From NCBI GenBank assembly GCA_963664815.2, contig CAXXHB010000003.1, positions 1,504,001 to 1,568,000 on the forward strand: a DNA stretch of 64,000 nt, given 5' to 3'. The notes under the pieces were generated by a model. The model ran no database searches. It had not been told where the DNA came from and saw only the letters and a list, made by a program, of their open reading frames with translations. The DNA comes from Spirochaetota bacterium (GTDB taxonomy: Bacteria; Spirochaetota; UBA4802; UBA5550). The translations under genes were made by a program, and so were the position numbers. This document shows, one piece after another, positions 39,234-50,089 of this stretch (positions are counted from its first letter, which is position 1; every line of letters starts with the position of its first letter).

Positions 39234-39929
39234 ATGAATTCAGATAATAAAATAATTGATGTAAAGGGGCTTGAAAAAACATATGGTTCAGGCAGAAACA
39301 GTATACATGTTCTCAAGGGAATCGATCTTGAAGTTATAAAAGGGGATACAGTTTCAATAACCGGGCCGAGTGGAACCGGAAAGTCTACCCTGCTTAATAT
39401 GATCGGCTGTCTTGATAATTTTGACAAAGGGAGCCTGAGACTTTCCGGTCGTGAGGTATCATCTTTTTCTGTAGATGAGCTTTCTTCATTCAGAAACAGA
39501 CATATAGGATTTATCTTCCAGCTTCATAACCTGCTGCCGGAATTTACCGCAGTTGAAAATGTGATGATTCCTCTGCTGATACGGAGGACACCATCAAAAA
39601 AAGCGCGGGAGATGTCGATGGAGTTGTTGAAAAAATTTCATATGGAAGACAGATCAGATCATAAGCCCGGGGAGATGTCCGGTGGAGAGTGTCAGCGGGT
39701 TGCAGTGGCAAGGGCGATAGTCGGTGAACCTGATCTGATATTAGCTGATGAACCTACAGGGAGCCTTGATTCCAGAAACTCAATGACTCTTCTTGAGATA
39801 TTGCTTGATTTATGCAGAGAAAAGGAGAGTACAATTGTTATAGTAACGCATGATATGAAAATTGCCGGGATGACCCGCAGAAAAATATCCATGCTTGATG
39901 GTCTTATAGTGGATAATGAAGTTCTGTAA
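39234..39929 (+). CDS. lolD: Lipoprotein-releasing ABC transporter ATPase
   Basis: GPSGTGKST, GFIFQLHNLLPEFTAVENV, MSGGE, ADEPTG, VTHD. Confidence 0.9.
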   Translation: MNSDNKIIDVKGLEKTYGSGRNSIHVLKGIDLEVIKGDTVSITGPSGTGKSTLLNMIGCLDNFDKGSLRLSGREVSSFSVDELSSFRNRHIGFIFQLHNLLPEFTAVENVMIPLLIRRTPSKKAREMSMELLKKFHMEDRSDHKPGEMSGGECQRVAVARAIVGEPDLILADEPTGSLDSRNSMTLLEILLDLCREKESTIVIVTHDMKIAGMTRRKISMLDGLIVDNEVL

Positions 39930-39945
39930 ATAGCGGAATGGTTAT

Positions 39946-41028
39946 ATGCCCGATTTAATTAAAACGGTTACTGATAAAGCTCAGTTTCAATTTCTTCTTG
40001 AAAATTTTTTTAAAGAAGCTGCTGTTTTTATAAAAACAAGCAGCGGCAGTATTACTCTTCAATATATCGGCTTTTCCGAAGGCAATGTTGCATTCAGGAT
40101 CCCGCTTGTTAAATCTTCACCGGAAAACGTTGTTGTTTTTACCCGTCACAAAACAAACACAATATATCTGAGCATGAAATTTCTGGAAAGAAGTGAAGAT
40201 ACTTTTGTTTATATACCGATTAAATTCCAGATAATTTCCGAATCGAGAAAGGAAGACCGTAAGCTTGTCAATATTGAGGGCGGGAAAAGTATAATGTATC
40301 TCAATAATCTGATAAGTGATTATATTATTGAAAGGGGATTATCAACGGCTGAAAAAAAAATTGATAAGGTAAAGGAATTCACTGAATTTGAACTGAAAAA
40401 GAAATTTGATCTTGTGAAGATAGTTTTTATTAATGAAAGTAAAACAGATAACAGGCTCAAACATATTTTAAATACTTCAAAACCGATATATATGCCTAAT
40501 CTTAATGTTGATCCTGATCCGGATAAAGAGGAGGATTATAATTTTTACATCAACAATATTTATAAATACGACATTTCTCTCTCATCAAGAAATAAGTATA
40601 TCTCAGAGATAACGATTCCTGTGACGTATAATAATGTTATTATATATGGTTATCTTCAGGTTAATAACACACAGGCGGTAACAGATGGGATGGTGGCTGT
40701 TGTCAGGAGGATGAGTATAGCCATAAACCAGTTGATGATAAAACATCAGCTTTTCTTCCCGCTTGAAGACAGGTTTCTTGTCGCTGATATTTCACCTAAC
40801 GGTTTAAGCTTTGTGTTTAAAGAGAAAAAATACCTGAGATATTTTGAAGAGGGGAGTAAAATAAGTTTTGATATTTTACTGCCGACTCAGAAAAAGGCCA
40901 TCATAGGTGCTATAGTCAGGAATGTTACATTCATGGAAAACAGAATTATAAAAACCGGATGTGAAATATATGTAATGGATGATATCAGTAAATCAAATTA
41001 CGATGAATTTTTACAGTTATCTCAATAA
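39946..41028 (+). CDS. DUF1577-like PilZ-related protein with GAF-like insert
   Basis: RKEDR (RxxxR), EITIPV..YGYLQV, DISPNG (DxSxxG). Confidence 0.7.
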   Translation: MPDLIKTVTDKAQFQFLLENFFKEAAVFIKTSSGSITLQYIGFSEGNVAFRIPLVKSSPENVVVFTRHKTNTIYLSMKFLERSEDTFVYIPIKFQIISESRKEDRKLVNIEGGKSIMYLNNLISDYIIERGLSTAEKKIDKVKEFTEFELKKKFDLVKIVFINESKTDNRLKHILNTSKPIYMPNLNVDPDPDKEEDYNFYINNIYKYDISLSSRNKYISEITIPVTYNNVIIYGYLQVNNTQAVTDGMVAVVRRMSIAINQLMIKHQLFFPLEDRFLVADISPNGLSFVFKEKKYLRYFEEGSKISFDILLPTQKKAIIGAIVRNVTFMENRIIKTGCEIYVMDDISKSNYDEFLQLSQ

Positions 41029-41100
41029 TACTGCAAATATCACAGTAAACCATATTTAATATTATATATAACCGATTTGCTGATGCAATTTCTTCCAGTT

Positions 41101-41847
41101 TTATATGAAATGATCTACCGTGGCAATTATATCTTTTAATTTAGGTTTGATGTATTCCAGCCCCTCATTAACATCATCAAAGAAATGAAATATATTGAGA
41201 TCTTCTGCTGAAATCATCCCTGTATCCACGAGTTTCCGGAAATTAATAAGATCTTTCCAGTAGGCACTGTCATATAACAGAACAGGTATATCAGATTTGG
41301 CCATTTTTTTTGTCTGTATCAGAGTTAATGTTTCAAAAAGTTCATCGAATGTACCAAATCCGCCGGGGAATACTATTATTGCTTTTGCGTGGTATAGAAG
41401 CCAGAGCTTTCTCATGAAAAAATAGTGAAATTCAAAATTCAGATCTTCAGAAATATATGGATTGGGATGCTGTTCGAAAGGAAGAGATATGTTAAGTCCG
41501 ATAGTTTTACTACCTGCATCTCTTGCTCCGCGGTTTGCAGCCTCCATTACACCGGGGCCCCCTCCGGTGCATATAAAAAAAGTTTCACCCGTCTCATTCT
41601 GAAGCTCCTGGCTGTATTTTGCCAGTTCAAAGGAGAAAGTTCTTGCTATGTTATAATATTCGGCAGTTCCGAATTTATTGTCATCTGGATGAATTCTGGC
41701 TGAACCGAAAAAAACTACAGTATGATATATCTCCATTTTTCTGAATTTTGCTTCAGGCTGGATATATTCGCTAAGAATTCTTAGTGTACGACCGTCTCTT
41801 GAGTTCATAAAATCCGGATCTTTATATGCTTTGAGAGGTTTGTCCAT
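41101..41847 (-). CDS. LOG family (TIGR00730-type) nucleotide-binding protein
   Basis: FFGSAR, TGGGPGVMEAANRGA, FHYFFMRK, PGGFGTFDE. Confidence 0.92.
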   Translation of the reverse strand: MDKPLKAYKDPDFMNSRDGRTLRILSEYIQPEAKFRKMEIYHTVVFFGSARIHPDDNKFGTAEYYNIARTFSFELAKYSQELQNETGETFFICTGGGPGVMEAANRGARDAGSKTIGLNISLPFEQHPNPYISEDLNFEFHYFFMRKLWLLYHAKAIIVFPGGFGTFDELFETLTLIQTKKMAKSDIPVLLYDSAYWKDLINFRKLVDTGMISAEDLNIFHFFDDVNEGLEYIKPKLKDIIATVDHFI

Positions 41848-42424
41848 GCTTAAAGTACCGCCTTTTGCGTTTTATATTAAATATTGTTCCGTCAGTTGAA
41901 TCGGTAACATTTGAAGCGATTATCGTTTTTTTATCAATATACTCTATTGAGACGGAATCCATGAAACTTAATATAATTTTAAGACCAGCCCCGATGCCCC
42001 TGAGGGGAACTGTTTCTCCATTTACTTTTATTGAGAGTTTGGATTTTTCTGATTCTGTTGCATAGCTTATAATCTGGTCATGGTAATTTCTTGACTGTAT
42101 ATCAGGGGTTGTGCTTAATATTTTTATAAAATCCAGACCGGTTCCATGATCGATTATTGTTGCGTCAAACTCGGTTTCGGTTACGGTATATCTTATAGTT
42201 ATATTACGTTTTTCCGGGATTTTACTTTTATTGTCGTTACAGTTAAGAGTAACCTGAACTGCATTGGTAATAGATTCATCCATGGACAGAATTATTTCAT
42301 CTATCTCTTCCTGGGGATATTCAATTTTAATTAAATCTATCATCAACCTGTCAATTACTTCGGGAACAATAGAAGTACTTGCAGTGAAACTGTCCAGAAA
42401 ACCTATCTCTTTATCTTTTATCAT
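41822..42424 (-). CDS. RsbW-like anti-sigma factor kinase (HATPase_c_2)
   Basis: DESITNAV, IIDHGTG, RGIGAGLKII..FMDSV. Confidence 0.75.
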   Translation of the reverse strand: MIKDKEIGFLDSFTASTSIVPEVIDRLMIDLIKIEYPQEEIDEIILSMDESITNAVQVTLNCNDNKSKIPEKRNITIRYTVTETEFDATIIDHGTGLDFIKILSTTPDIQSRNYHDQIISYATESEKSKLSIKVNGETVPLRGIGAGLKIILSFMDSVSIEYIDKKTIIASNVTDSTDGTIFNIKRKRRYFKHGQTSQSI

Positions 42425-42720
42425 ACCATTACTTAGATTTTTTAATTATAACATGAGAATGGAAAAATAGTCAAAAAAAATCAATTCATTAATTATTTTT
42501 ATCAGTTACACTAATTCTTTTTAAATTAACGGTTAGTAATACTTGATATAATTAGTATAAATTTATTTTTTGATTAAAAAAAGATGTTTCAGAATGCTTA
42601 ACGATGTATGTGAAAAAATGTTGCTTAAGACTTAATTGGTTTTAAAAAATTAATAAATGTATTGATTATTGTTGAATTAATCTGAAATGTAAAACAACTA
42701 ATGATTTTTATAACAGAAAT

Positions 42721-43845
42721 ATGATAAACAACGGTATTTATATACACATTCCATTTTGCAGAAGTAAATGCGATTACTGCAGCTTTTATTCCATAAAACC
42801 AGGTGGCGATGGTTATATGGAGGAATACATTGATTCTTTATTGAGTGAAATAAATTTTATATCTGAATCTCATATGAAGGTCAATGTTGATTCGGTTTAT
42901 TTCGGTGGAGGAACACCCTCTTTGCTGGAACCGTCTCATATTGAGAAGATAATAAAGCTTCTTTCCGGCAGATTTTCTCTCAGCATCGATTCCGAAATAA
43001 CAATTGAAATGAATCCTGATGATCTTACCATTAATAAACTGGATGGTTTTATCGCGTCGGGTGTAAACAGAATAGTTCTGGGCGTTCAGACATTTGATCC
43101 GGACCTTGGAAGAGAAATCGGACGTAAAGGAAAAATTATTTCAAAGGCTGACATGGATATTTTTTTCTCTTATAAAAAATTTATCAGATGCATTGATATT
43201 ATGGCCGGGCTTCCGGGACAGAATGCGTCCCAACTAATAAAAGATCTGGAAACAGTTACAGAGTATAAACCTGAACATATCTCTCTTTACCTCCTTTCAG
43301 TTGATGAAGATACACCGCTGGGTTCAAGGTTTTTTCCCGATGAAAAATTTGAAGAAAAACAGGCTGAATTGTGGGGAGCTGCTATAAGTTTTCTTGAGTG
43401 TAAAGGATATAATCATTACGAGATTTCGAACTATGCGCTTCCCGGATTTGAGTCGAGACATAATTCAAAGTACTGGGACTATACTCCATATTTCGGCTTC
43501 GGTTCAGGTGCTCACTCGTTTGTTGACGGGAAAAGGTATTACAACAGGCTGGAAGCTGGTGAATATATTAAGAGTGGGGAGTTTATGTATGAGGTTGAAA
43601 CACCCGATGAAAATAACATCGTTGTTGAATTTATAATGACTTCTTTAAGGCGTATGAAGGGTTTCAGTTCCGGTGAATTTGCTGCGGTAACCGGGCATCC
43701 GCTTCCCGGGAATATTCGTACAAAGCTTAACAATCTAGAAGAAGAGGGTATGATGGAGATATCCGGCGGAAGATTTTATTTATCGAAAAAAGGAATTTTT
43801 TTTACGGATTCGATAATCTACAGACTCGTAGAGGATTTTCTCTGA
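42721..43845 (+). CDS. hemW: Radical SAM heme chaperone HemW
   Basis: YIHIPFCRSKCDYCSF, FGGGTPS, HYEISNYA, SRHNSKYW. Confidence 0.92.
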   Translation: MINNGIYIHIPFCRSKCDYCSFYSIKPGGDGYMEEYIDSLLSEINFISESHMKVNVDSVYFGGGTPSLLEPSHIEKIIKLLSGRFSLSIDSEITIEMNPDDLTINKLDGFIASGVNRIVLGVQTFDPDLGREIGRKGKIISKADMDIFFSYKKFIRCIDIMAGLPGQNASQLIKDLETVTEYKPEHISLYLLSVDEDTPLGSRFFPDEKFEEKQAELWGAAISFLECKGYNHYEISNYALPGFESRHNSKYWDYTPYFGFGSGAHSFVDGKRYYNRLEAGEYIKSGEFMYEVETPDENNIVVEFIMTSLRRMKGFSSGEFAAVTGHPLPGNIRTKLNNLEEEGMMEISGGRFYLSKKGIFFTDSIIYRLVEDFL

Positions 43846-44174
43846 ATTGATAGGGAGCAGATTCAATTTTCTCAGACATTTATACCCGTATTTATTGAAG
43901 GATTGCCTGAATTTACATTGATTTCCTCCGAAATTTTTAATTATTGTATCGATAAAAGGTCTTGACTTTATATTCGGATTATAGTTTTAAGAATAAACTT
44001 TTAAAGGGCTTTATTTTTTCAGAAAGATCAGTTTAAATTTTCAAATCATCGCTGATTTTAATCTTAAAAAAATTTTCTCGCGAAATTGTTTAAGTAAAAC
44101 TTGCAGAATGCCAGGTAAATGATGGCATCGGCTTTTATAGTAAAATTAATCATATTAAGGATGGAATTCAGGAA

Positions 44175-44915
44175 ATGCAAAGAAAAGTGTATTTAAAAAC
44201 TGTTATGTTAATTATGTTTATATTCATAACAATTATTGCAGATGCGGTATATCAATCCTCACCACAAATGATAGCAGAGCATGAACGATGGATGAAGCGT
44301 TATCGTGCCGAGAAAAAATTTAAAGAGAATGTCTTTACTGCATTTCAAAGTGTTCCACGTGAATTTTTTGTACCGGCGGATAAACAGAGTCAGACTTATA
44401 GAGATATAAATGTTCCAATAGGCTACGGGCAGACAATTACCAAAGCCTGGTTTGTTGCATATATGACTGATAAACTTGATGTACAACCGAGTGATAAGGT
44501 TCTTGAAATCGGATCAGGTTCAGGATATCAGGCTTCAATATTATATCAGATTACAAAAAATGTATATTCAATAGAGATTGTTGAACCTCTTGCAGTTCAG
44601 GCAGCAAAAAGATGGATGGAAATTGGCTATACGGGAATCAAGGGAAAAGCGGCAGATGGATATTACGGCTGGACAGAACATGCTCCATTTGACAAGATTA
44701 TTGTAACATGTGGAGCAGACCATGTTCCGACCTATCTGCTTCAGCAGCTTAAACCGGGTGGAATTATGGTTATACCAGTAGGCAATCCCTTTGATCATCA
44801 GACCCTGCTTCTTTTAAGAAAAAAAGAAGATGGCAAAATAACAACCGAGCGTCTCTACTCCTGTAAGTTTGTCCCTTTTACAGGCAAGATGCTTGAAAAG
44901 TATAACAAGAAGTAA
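44175..44915 (+). CDS. pcm: Protein-L-isoaspartate O-methyltransferase with N-terminal signal/anchor
   Basis: VPREFFVP, GYGQTIT, VLEIGSGSGYQA, APFDKIIVT, LKPGGIMVIPVG, FVPF. Confidence 0.9.
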   Translation: MQRKVYLKTVMLIMFIFITIIADAVYQSSPQMIAEHERWMKRYRAEKKFKENVFTAFQSVPREFFVPADKQSQTYRDINVPIGYGQTITKAWFVAYMTDKLDVQPSDKVLEIGSGSGYQASILYQITKNVYSIEIVEPLAVQAAKRWMEIGYTGIKGKAADGYYGWTEHAPFDKIIVTCGADHVPTYLLQQLKPGGIMVIPVGNPFDHQTLLLLRKKEDGKITTERLYSCKFVPFTGKMLEKYNKK

Positions 44916-44919
44916 CTTT

Positions 44920-47313
44920 ATGCAGCTTTATATACCTGTTTTTTTTATATCCATAGCTATTCTTGCCGCAGAGATGGTTATAATCCGTGTGATGAGTGTG
45001 GTAAACAGCGCATCCTTTGCCTCGATGGTTATAAGTATTGCTCTTCTGGGTTTTGGTATTTCAGGGACAATGATTACCATGCTTCGCAAAAGGATTGAAC
45101 CACAGATTGACAAAGTGCTTTTTATCTCTGCAATGGCTGCGATGCTTTTAACTTCAGTAACACTTCCACTTGCGGGCTTTGTGGATTTTGTTCCACAGAG
45201 TCTTCATGAGGACTATACTCAGATATTCAGAATCGGCGCGTTTTACCTGATTTTCTTCATGCCGTTTTTCGTCGGGTCTTTTTTTATAAATCTTTCTTTT
45301 TTAAAGGCAAAAACCGGTATAGGTCACCTCTACTTTTTCAATCTCACAGGTTCGGGAATAGGTGCCCTTGCAATTCTGCTGCTTATGACTGTAATTGAAC
45401 CATCAATGCTGATGCTGCCGGTTGTACTTTTCTCTGTTGTGCCGGTATTGATTACTATGCCGCGGACAGTAAAAGGTATTGCAGTCGCAGCTTCCGGAAT
45501 AATACTCTCTCTTGTTCCTTTTATTGTCATGCCCGGATTGACGGTGTCTGCATATAAGGATATTTCATACGCGATGAAGTATCCGGACGTGAAGGTTATT
45601 GCAACAAAACCATCTCCATCGGGGTATATACAGGCAGTGCAGAGTTCAATGCTCCGTTTCGCACCCGGACTTTCACTTTCAAGCTATGATGTTATTACTC
45701 CAAATCAGGTTGGAATTTATACCGACGGATCCTCCGCTTCCGGTATCGCAATGCCTTTATCCGGTGATGAAGCGCGTTATATTGACTATCTCCCTTTTGC
45801 TCTGCCATTCGCAGTGAAGAAGTCACCCTCTGTACTGATACTCGGTGCAGGGGGAGGGAATCCGGTAATGTTTTCACGGCATCTGGGTTCATCCCGGGTT
45901 ACTGCCGTGGAACCTGATCTTCCACTGATGGAAATGATCCGTACAAAGTTTCCAAAGGCATGGAAAGGGGTATGGGAAGATCCATCCGTTCGTGTAGTAA
46001 ATTCTGACGGACGCTCTTTCTGCTCTGCAGATACCGGTAAATACGATATTATTACAATTCCGGCAATGTTATCATCGGGGATCTCTTTTTCATCAGGCTC
46101 CGGTCATGGTGAGAATTATCTTTTTACACGTGAGGCTTTTGCCGATTACATGGCCCGTCTTAAAAATGACGGGTTGTTAAATATTACCATGACGATGGAA
46201 TCTCCACCATGTGCGCTGCTTAAGCTCGAGACCCTTTCATTCAGCTACCTGAAGGATAGATATCCGGATGATTTCATGAAACGTATCATTTTCATGCGAG
46301 GGATGGACTGGGGAATGGTGCTTATCAAGAATGGTGTGTTTACTGCAGCGGAGATAACTGCTGTAAAGAAGTTCAACAATACACTTTCTGCTGATTTCAG
46401 CTGGTATCCGGGAATTAAAGAGAGTGAACTTAACAGTTATAACCTTATTGATGATGAACTCTATTATAAACTTGCATGTGCCTACAGAGATAACTGTGAG
46501 AAGGATTTTATATCATCATACGCTTTTATAATTGAACCCCCGGTGGATAATAAACCGTTTTTCAGGCATAATCTGAGAATCTCTGAAATTTCCAGATTAT
46601 TCAAGTCAGAAGATGAAGGGGAAGTTCTGCCATTTTCTGAATGGGGTTACCTGGTAATGTGGGCGACCCTGCTTCAGGGAATTGTGTTCGGAATAGTCGT
46701 AATCCTTATACCGGTATTTGCGCCTGGGGTAAGGTTTGTCAGCGAGAAGGGCAAAACAACTGTAATTACATATTTTTCAGCTCTTGGCCTTGGTTTTATG
46801 CTGGTGGAGATGTCGGTAATTCAAAAACTTACACTTGTGATTGCCAATCCTCTTTATAGTGTGGCGGTGGTAATTTCTGCTATATTAATTTTCTCAGGTA
46901 TGGGAGCATGGACAAGCGCGCGTTTCAGAACTGATCCGGTAAAGGGAATTAAAATTGCAGTAGCCGGTATAGCCATGGGAATGATTTTTAATGTTGCGCT
47001 TTTTGCTTTTTTTGCAAATAGTTTCCTGTCGTTTTCTGCAGCAGCGCGTATATGCATTGCAGTGCTTTCACTCGCGCCGGTCGGATTCTGCATGGGAATG
47101 CCTTTCCCTCTGGGGCTTCAGGTACTTGGCGACAGAAAAGAAGCTTTTATGCCGTGGGCCCTCGCTGTAAACGGTTCTGTATCAGTTTTTGCAGCGGTTC
47201 TGACAAATATTCTTTCAATGCACCTTGGTTTCATGACTGTTGCCGTTATAGCTATAGGTTGTTATTGTATAGCACTTATTTCTTTTCCGGGAAGATGGAT
47301 AAAGGAATCATAA
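44920..47313 (+). CDS. Large membrane protein with central spermidine-synthase-like SAM-binding domain
   Basis: N- and C-terminal TM bundles (SIALLGFG, LYFFNLTGSG, MGMPFPLGL, WALAVNG); VLILGAGGG, DGRSF, ENYLFTREAF, DNKPFF. Confidence 0.8.
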   Translation: MQLYIPVFFISIAILAAEMVIIRVMSVVNSASFASMVISIALLGFGISGTMITMLRKRIEPQIDKVLFISAMAAMLLTSVTLPLAGFVDFVPQSLHEDYTQIFRIGAFYLIFFMPFFVGSFFINLSFLKAKTGIGHLYFFNLTGSGIGALAILLLMTVIEPSMLMLPVVLFSVVPVLITMPRTVKGIAVAASGIILSLVPFIVMPGLTVSAYKDISYAMKYPDVKVIATKPSPSGYIQAVQSSMLRFAPGLSLSSYDVITPNQVGIYTDGSSASGIAMPLSGDEARYIDYLPFALPFAVKKSPSVLILGAGGGNPVMFSRHLGSSRVTAVEPDLPLMEMIRTKFPKAWKGVWEDPSVRVVNSDGRSFCSADTGKYDIITIPAMLSSGISFSSGSGHGENYLFTREAFADYMARLKNDGLLNITMTMESPPCALLKLETLSFSYLKDRYPDDFMKRIIFMRGMDWGMVLIKNGVFTAAEITAVKKFNNTLSADFSWYPGIKESELNSYNLIDDELYYKLACAYRDNCEKDFISSYAFIIEPPVDNKPFFRHNLRISEISRLFKSEDEGEVLPFSEWGYLVMWATLLQGIVFGIVVILIPVFAPGVRFVSEKGKTTVITYFSALGLGFMLVEMSVIQKLTLVIANPLYSVAVVISAILIFSGMGAWTSARFRTDPVKGIKIAVAGIAMGMIFNVALFAFFANSFLSFSAAARICIAVLSLAPVGFCMGMPFPLGLQVLGDRKEAFMPWALAVNGSVSVFAAVLTNILSMHLGFMTVAVIAIGCYCIALISFPGRWIKES

Positions 47314-47336
47314 ACAGGGATCATTATATAATTGAA

Positions 47337-47386
47337 ATATGGTATTGGTACTGCTTTTCATAAATCAACAGAGTACCAATCCATAT
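47337..47386 (+). terminator. Hairpin after the pcm operon
   Basis: ATATGG-TATTGGTACT / AGTACCAAT-CCATAT followed by a T-run. Confidence 0.5.
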
Positions 47387-47656
47387 GGTATTTTTACAGA
47401 ATTGTTGCTGTATATTTTTTTATACTTCTCAAATAAGAACTTCGTCTGCCGGTTGCTGATTAATTTAATATATATCGGATTTTACCGAAAATAAATCTAT
47501 CGCTGTTAATATACCTGAAAACTTCATTTAACTGCCTGATTCAAGAAGTTAAAATCCTGAAAACTACCCTGAGAACTGCCACAAAAACTTCTTATTGAAT
47601 TATGATACATTGCCGATACTAAAATGAATATTCATGTTCGGATCATGGAGGAGCAG

Positions 47657-48163
47657 ATGCATTATATTGCGCAAAAGCTGGTTAATATTATGAATCTTGA
47701 AAGAGAAATCTATCAGGACATTTTGGATATAGAAGAGAAAAAAAGTGAGGCAATACTGGGGAAGGATGGCAGAGTAATTGAAGAACTATCTGCCGGTCAG
47801 GAAAAACTACTTGTGAAGATTGAATCACTGGAAAATGAAAGATTGAAGTTTATGACTGAGTGCAGGAAGCAGATAAAGATGAACGCCAATCAGTCTGATA
47901 TAACTCTGCAGGATATAATTGATTCGGAAGACAGTAAAACCGGTTCAGTTTTGAATGAGTCGGGAGTTGAGTTGAAGAAAATTCTTCTTAAATTAAAGAA
48001 AATCCGGGATCTGAACTCACAGTTATTAAAGGATAATATGGAATTTTATGAAATACTGATTTCCGGGTTAAAAAACAGTTCAACCCTTAAGTCCGGTTAT
48101 GGGAAAGATGGCAAGGAAAAGGGGAGAGTTTTTAATCCGGTTTTGTTTAATATAAAAGCATAA
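47657..48163 (+). CDS. flgN: Flagellar export chaperone FlgN
   Basis: Helical, LENER, N..LL; position before flgK; GGAGGAG RBS favours ATG 47657; sigma28-like GCCGATAC at 47612. Confidence 0.8.
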   Translation: MHYIAQKLVNIMNLEREIYQDILDIEEKKSEAILGKDGRVIEELSAGQEKLLVKIESLENERLKFMTECRKQIKMNANQSDITLQDIIDSEDSKTGSVLNESGVELKKILLKLKKIRDLNSQLLKDNMEFYEILISGLKNSSTLKSGYGKDGKEKGRVFNPVLFNIKA

Positions 48164-48175
48164 AAGGGGAAAGAT

Positions 48176-50086
48176 ATGAATTCAACATTCATGGGACTTG
48201 AAATAGGCAAGAGGGGGCTTCAGTCTCATCAGCAGGCTCTTCATGTTACGGGTCATAATATTTCAAATGCAGAGAACAAGGAATATTCCAGGCAGAAGAT
48301 CGTAATTACATCGGCAGATCCTATTTATGCACCCGCGCTTAACAGGGACAATAATCCAGGGCAGATTGGACAGGGAAGTACGGTGGCATCGGTGGAAAGA
48401 ATAAGAGATTCTTTTATCGATGACAGAATGGTTTCAGAAAAAAATACAATGGGGTACCTGAAATCAAAAAATGACTTTATATACCAGATTGAAACAATTT
48501 ATAACGAACCCTCAGACCAGTCTATCCGCAGCAGAATGGATGCCATGTGGGCTTCGTGGCAGGAACTTTCAAAATATCCGGAGGAAAGATCTACAAGGGA
48601 GGTTGTAAAAGAAAAGGGAGTGCATCTTGCAAATGAAGTAAACAGTGTGTTCCGGCAGCTGTATGATCTCAGAAATGATGCCAACAGGCAGGTTGAGCAT
48701 CGCGTTAACCAGATTAATATATATGCATCAGAAATTCGTGACCTTAACGAGAGAATTCAGAAATCAGAATCTCTAGGAGATAGTCCGAATGATCTTAAAG
48801 ATCGACGTGATTCACTTATTGAAAAACTGTCTACTGTAGTCAATGTTTCGGTAGGAAGAAGCGACAAGAATGAAGTTATAGTATATATAGGGGGTGAAAA
48901 TCTGGTACAGGGCCCTATTTTAAGAGAACTTAAAGTCGTAAAAAATCCTGAAAACAGCGGGATGTTTGATGTAATATGGAAAAAAACAGAAACTCCTGTA
49001 TCGGTTAAGGGAGGAGAGCTTTATGGTCTTCTGGAAGTGAGGGATGTTATCATGAGGCAGAATCTTAATGATGTGAATGCTCTTGCCGTAAATATCTCTG
49101 ACCTTACAAATGAAGTTCACCGCGACGGATTCGGGAGAAGAGGAGAAACCAACAAGAATTTTTTCGATCATATAAACATCAGCGATGACAACGAGGGGAA
49201 TTTTGATTATAATAATGATGGCGTGAATGATACTACGGCTGTTTTTAAGGTTGCGGGGAGTAATAAAATTGATTCATCAGCTGCAATAGGAATGAGCGGT
49301 ACTCTGACTTTCGCAAAAAACGATGAGCTGAATTCAATTTCAGAGATTGATTATAACGAATCTGATACTGTTAATTCAATTATAAGAAAGATAAATGATG
49401 CCAAAATCGGAGTTGTGGCGTATATGGATCATAATGGAAATTTTGCGATAAAAGCAACAGTTGCTGCGGATACAGATAAAAAGAATTTTATGCTGCGGCA
49501 TATTGAGGATTCGGGTCAGTTTCTTGTAGGGCTGACGGGTGTTTTAAAGCAGAGCGGACAGCAGGGGTCATTTGACTATCGCAGGGTGAATGATATAGTT
49601 AAATTTCTTCCGGATAAGGAACATATAACAATTACTCCAAAATTAAATCCTGCAGCACATATGGCTGTTTCGCGTGAAATAGTCGAAGATGTTGATAAAA
49701 TTGCCGCAGCCAGGGGGAGTGACACAGGTGGAACCGGCGATTATAATACGTCAAACGGTGTTGGTGACGGTACGAATGCTCTTGCTATTGCCTCACTCAG
49801 ACATAAAGCAGCCATGGTTGACAGTAAAACCACTTTCAGTGAATTTTATACAGCATTAATTGCAAGAATTGGAACTCAGGGCGAAGAGACCAAGGATAGA
49901 ATAGAAAACCAGACAACCTTGATTAAAAACCTTGAGAACATGAGACAGTCGGTTTCAGGGATAAATCTTGATGAAGAGATGGCGAACATGGTTGCCTTTC
50001 AGCATGGTTATAATGCATCGGCCAGAGTAATTTCAACAATGGATAAAATGCTTGAAACTGTAATCAGATTGGGGGCAGGAGCGTAA
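48176..50086 (+). CDS. flgK: Flagellar hook-associated protein 1
   Basis: GHNISNA..YSRQ, NDLKDRRD, SVSGINLDEEM. Confidence 0.96.
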   Translation: MNSTFMGLEIGKRGLQSHQQALHVTGHNISNAENKEYSRQKIVITSADPIYAPALNRDNNPGQIGQGSTVASVERIRDSFIDDRMVSEKNTMGYLKSKNDFIYQIETIYNEPSDQSIRSRMDAMWASWQELSKYPEERSTREVVKEKGVHLANEVNSVFRQLYDLRNDANRQVEHRVNQINIYASEIRDLNERIQKSESLGDSPNDLKDRRDSLIEKLSTVVNVSVGRSDKNEVIVYIGGENLVQGPILRELKVVKNPENSGMFDVIWKKTETPVSVKGGELYGLLEVRDVIMRQNLNDVNALAVNISDLTNEVHRDGFGRRGETNKNFFDHINISDDNEGNFDYNNDGVNDTTAVFKVAGSNKIDSSAAIGMSGTLTFAKNDELNSISEIDYNESDTVNSIIRKINDAKIGVVAYMDHNGNFAIKATVAADTDKKNFMLRHIEDSGQFLVGLTGVLKQSGQQGSFDYRRVNDIVKFLPDKEHITITPKLNPAAHMAVSREIVEDVDKIAAARGSDTGGTGDYNTSNGVGDGTNALAIASLRHKAAMVDSKTTFSEFYTALIARIGTQGEETKDRIENQTTLIKNLENMRQSVSGINLDEEMANMVAFQHGYNASARVISTMDKMLETVIRLGAGA

Positions 50087-50089
50087 CAT

